Below, piece after piece: positions 61,327 to 64,000 of a DNA stretch of 64,000 nt. Each line of letters opens with the position of its first letter. The stretch's first letter is position 1. The stretch is taken from the NCBI GenBank assembly GCA_904063045.1, contig CAJFCJ010000014.1, positions 186,001-250,000 on the forward strand, written 5' to 3'. Source of the stretch: Dimorphilus gyrociliatus (taxonomy: Eukaryota; Animalia; Annelida). A program made the position numbers and the translations under genes. Below the pieces are notes generated by a model. That model did not search any database. It was not told where the DNA came from and was given only the letters and a program-made list of their open reading frames with translations.

Positions 61327-63333
61327 ATGACGGACTCTCTGCAAAATGAATGTTGCAGAGTAATCCGAAGACATATAAATGATCTAAAGGACAACTTGCA
61401 TACTTTACCTGTCAAATTACTCTGGAGTAGGATATTATATAAACTATTTTGCTATTCGACGTCTACAACGTTCTTAAACTGGAATTTTTACAAATTTCTC
61501 CATCCTCTCTATCAACTGCAATATTTAGAATTTTCGAAATGGCATAATTTGACAAACTATCATTTATCGATTCTTGGTAAACACGTGATCAATCTAAAAT
61601 GTATCCAAATAGATTGTCCTCAAGGAATAAACGATTCGGGTCTAGTAGGTATGCTGCAAAATCTAACGCAACTGCAAAGTTTATCGGTGACGATAAACAA
61701 TAATAATATCACTCTACGTTGGTTGGAAAGTTTGCGGTGCGAAGAAACGTTTACTGATTTAGAAATAAAAGGTTTAAAGAAATGTAACGCCGAGAGATTG
61801 CCACTTGTTGAACAATTTTTTTCAAAACACAACAAATTAACGAGCGTTAAATTAGACGCTTCAATCCCGGAAAATATATTAAAGCGTTTATTGAAAGTGA
61901 TAAATACTTCTTTGGTAAGGCGAAAAATATTTCTTATCTTTCTTCTAAATGTTGTTTTCTACGATAAGACAAAGGAAAGAGAGAAGATAAAATCTATTAA
62001 TTCCTCCAGGTTCATTTATCGTTTAGAGACGACGCCGCCGAAGGACTTCACTTGAATACAATTACAATTATAAGAAAGTATTGTTTAAGACTTGAAAGTA
62101 TCTCCATCGTTCTTCGGAGATGCCATCCGCGCACTATCCTTTTACCTTGCCTCTGTCCAAACTTGGTCTCTTTTAAAATGAATCCTTATATGAAAAGTAC
62201 CATTAACTTTGAGAATCTCTTATCGATATCTTCAAAATTAAAGGTAAATGTAGAGAAGATAAATAGTAATTGTCTAATGACTTTTGATCGTTATATAAAC
62301 CAATTAGACGCTTCATCTAAGATCGGTAAGAATTCTTCGAGATGATTCTAACGAAGAGGAAAGAAATTACGAAAGGATGACCATTGAAAGTCTTTCATTA
62401 TACGCAGTGTCCTTTCCGAATGCTAGAGTTGCAATGAAATTCGTGTCTTCTTTGATATCTTTAAAAGAGTTATACATGAAAAATTCACCGCAATTCGACG
62501 AACCATCCTTAGAGATGATTTTCTCAAAGATAGGTTCAAACCTAAATCATTTAAAAATCTTTGGAGACTGCTCTGATTTTGTTTGTAAATTAATTGGTTT
62601 ACATTGTTGTAAACTTGCCAAACTGGAATTGAATTTTGAAGAAAATTCAAGAGAATTCCATTCAATAACCGAGAATGAAAACTTTAAAAGTAAACTAATA
62701 CTTTTACATCTAACTTCAAACGTAAATAGATATTTGTTTCTTTTTCATCTTTTCATCATTTCTCTTTTTTCCAACCAGCTTTTGCCAACAACTTTATATT
62801 CGATAACCAATTTTACAAGACTTATTAGACTCTACTTGACCGACTTTATCGATAATGATTTTTTAATTCTATTAAGCGAAAGATGTCGTCAATTGCAGGA
62901 TGCTTATTTCGAAAACTGCGATAAAGTAACATTCTTTACTTTTAAATGTTTGTTTTAAATCTTTTATATACATATCTCTCTCTTTATATTTCTTCTTCTT
63001 CTTCTTCTTCTTCTCCTCCTTCTTCCTCTTCCCAACATTTAGATCAATGATTTTGGAATTTTTAGTTTTACTTCCGGTTGTATTGAATTAGAAACATTGA
63101 AAATGAATAAACTAGAGAATATTAGCGAAAATTCTATAAGACAAATATGTAAATTGATGAATCTAAAGCATCTGTCATTGTACGGCGTTCCAGACCACGT
63201 GGCTAAATTTGGTGTAACATATTTAAAGGTTAGTCGAAATAAAGTCCTCTTTTCTTATCTTATCTAATTACTAATTTTTTCTTATTTAATATAGAACTAT
63301 TCAGAAATTGATAGCTTTCGTATCTCCACGTAA
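61327..63333 (+). CDS. Leucine-rich repeat protein (RNI-like/FBXL-AMN1-type LRRs), multi-exon
   Basis: LRR patterns (LQYLEFS, LQSLSVT, LKELYMKNSP, LETLKMNKLENISENSIRQI). Exon 1 61327-61914, exon 2 62010-62243, further exons to a stop at 63331-63333. Confidence 0.75.
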
Positions 63334-63751
63334 CCCATGTGTGTGTGGGGGGGCTACTTTCTTATATTCGAACAGGCCTATTGGTAAATTATTTCTGGAA
63401 TTTTTAAACACTATTGTATAGTGTACTGGTTGTGTTTATTTAAGCCTAGTATTTAGTAAATATACAGTAAGATTACGAAAGTATGCTCTATTAGAGTTGT
63501 TAGATGGTATTTTTATTAAATAACGTAGTACAATGGTTATATTCACGAAACATAAAATAAACCCAGCCGTCTTCTTTCATTTTTTTATATGAAAAAACCA
63601 TATAAATGTATATATTCTATATATTATGAATATTACTGTATACATTTATACAACATCATTATTAGCCATTTTATACTTTGTTGATAAATCTAGTATCATT
63701 CTAACTATTGAACATTCAGAAATGTAGCAATTTCTTCTTTTAGACGATATA

Positions 63752-64000
63752 TCAAGAAATATATGGGCAGTTTCCTTCTGTTACCTTAACATTGTCCAAT
63801 GCTATATCTCCTTTACCAGCTCCTCTAGACCTGGCTGTAATGATTATTTGATCAATGTCATCGGTAGATTTTAAAGGAATATATATATTGTTCCATTTAT
63901 TTCCCATATTCTCGCTCTTTCTGTAGAGTGATGCTTTCAAAAGTCCTCGTCTCGATGATAGTATTTCGAATTCTCCTATTTCGTTTTGAGATCCAGACAT
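63752..64000 (-). CDS. MAM-domain protein, 3' part (gene continues beyond the window)
   Basis: GNKWNN...GKGDIALDNVKVTEGNC matches the MAM C-terminal signature. Confidence 0.75.
   Translation of the reverse strand: MSGSQNEIGEFEILSSRRGLLKASLYRKSENMGNKWNNIYIPLKSTDDIDQIIITARSRGAGKGDIALDNVKVTEGNCPYIS

Noticed and set aside
1-64000. rRNA, tRNA or CRISPR loci
   Set aside because: None recognised in the sequence.

Overview
AT-rich animal (invertebrate) genomic DNA with short GT-AG introns of about 60-160 nt. It has three parts. (1) About 1-29.4 kb is gene-dense and on the + strand. It holds the 3' end of a NACHT/WD40 (NWD-like) gene, an 11-exon fatty-acid-synthase-like megasynthase (2219 aa, KS-MAT-DH-pseudoMT-ER-KR-ACP) with no thioesterase, two tandem SDR9C/RDH-like dehydrogenases, two intronless class A GPCRs and a PLEKHG5-like RhoGEF. 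(2) About 29.6-61.0 kb is a transposon island. It contains several Bel/Pao LTR families, a Ty3/Gypsy-type gag fragment, an intact IR/DR-type Tc1 element, Tc1 and mariner relics and a TAACCC-bearing MITE. It is organised around a large inverted duplication (about 37.8-45.4 kb vs 48.1-60.3 kb). That duplication doubles an orphan secreted 187-aa helical protein gene and encloses a TSP1/EGF gene fragment. (3) About 61.3-64 kb holds an LRR gene and the 3' part of a MAM-domain gene. The best candidates for novelty are the TE-less FAS-like synthase with its adjacent SDR pair, and the duplicated orphan secreted protein, which may be a four-helix cytokine. All gene models were spliced by eye and no database searches were run.
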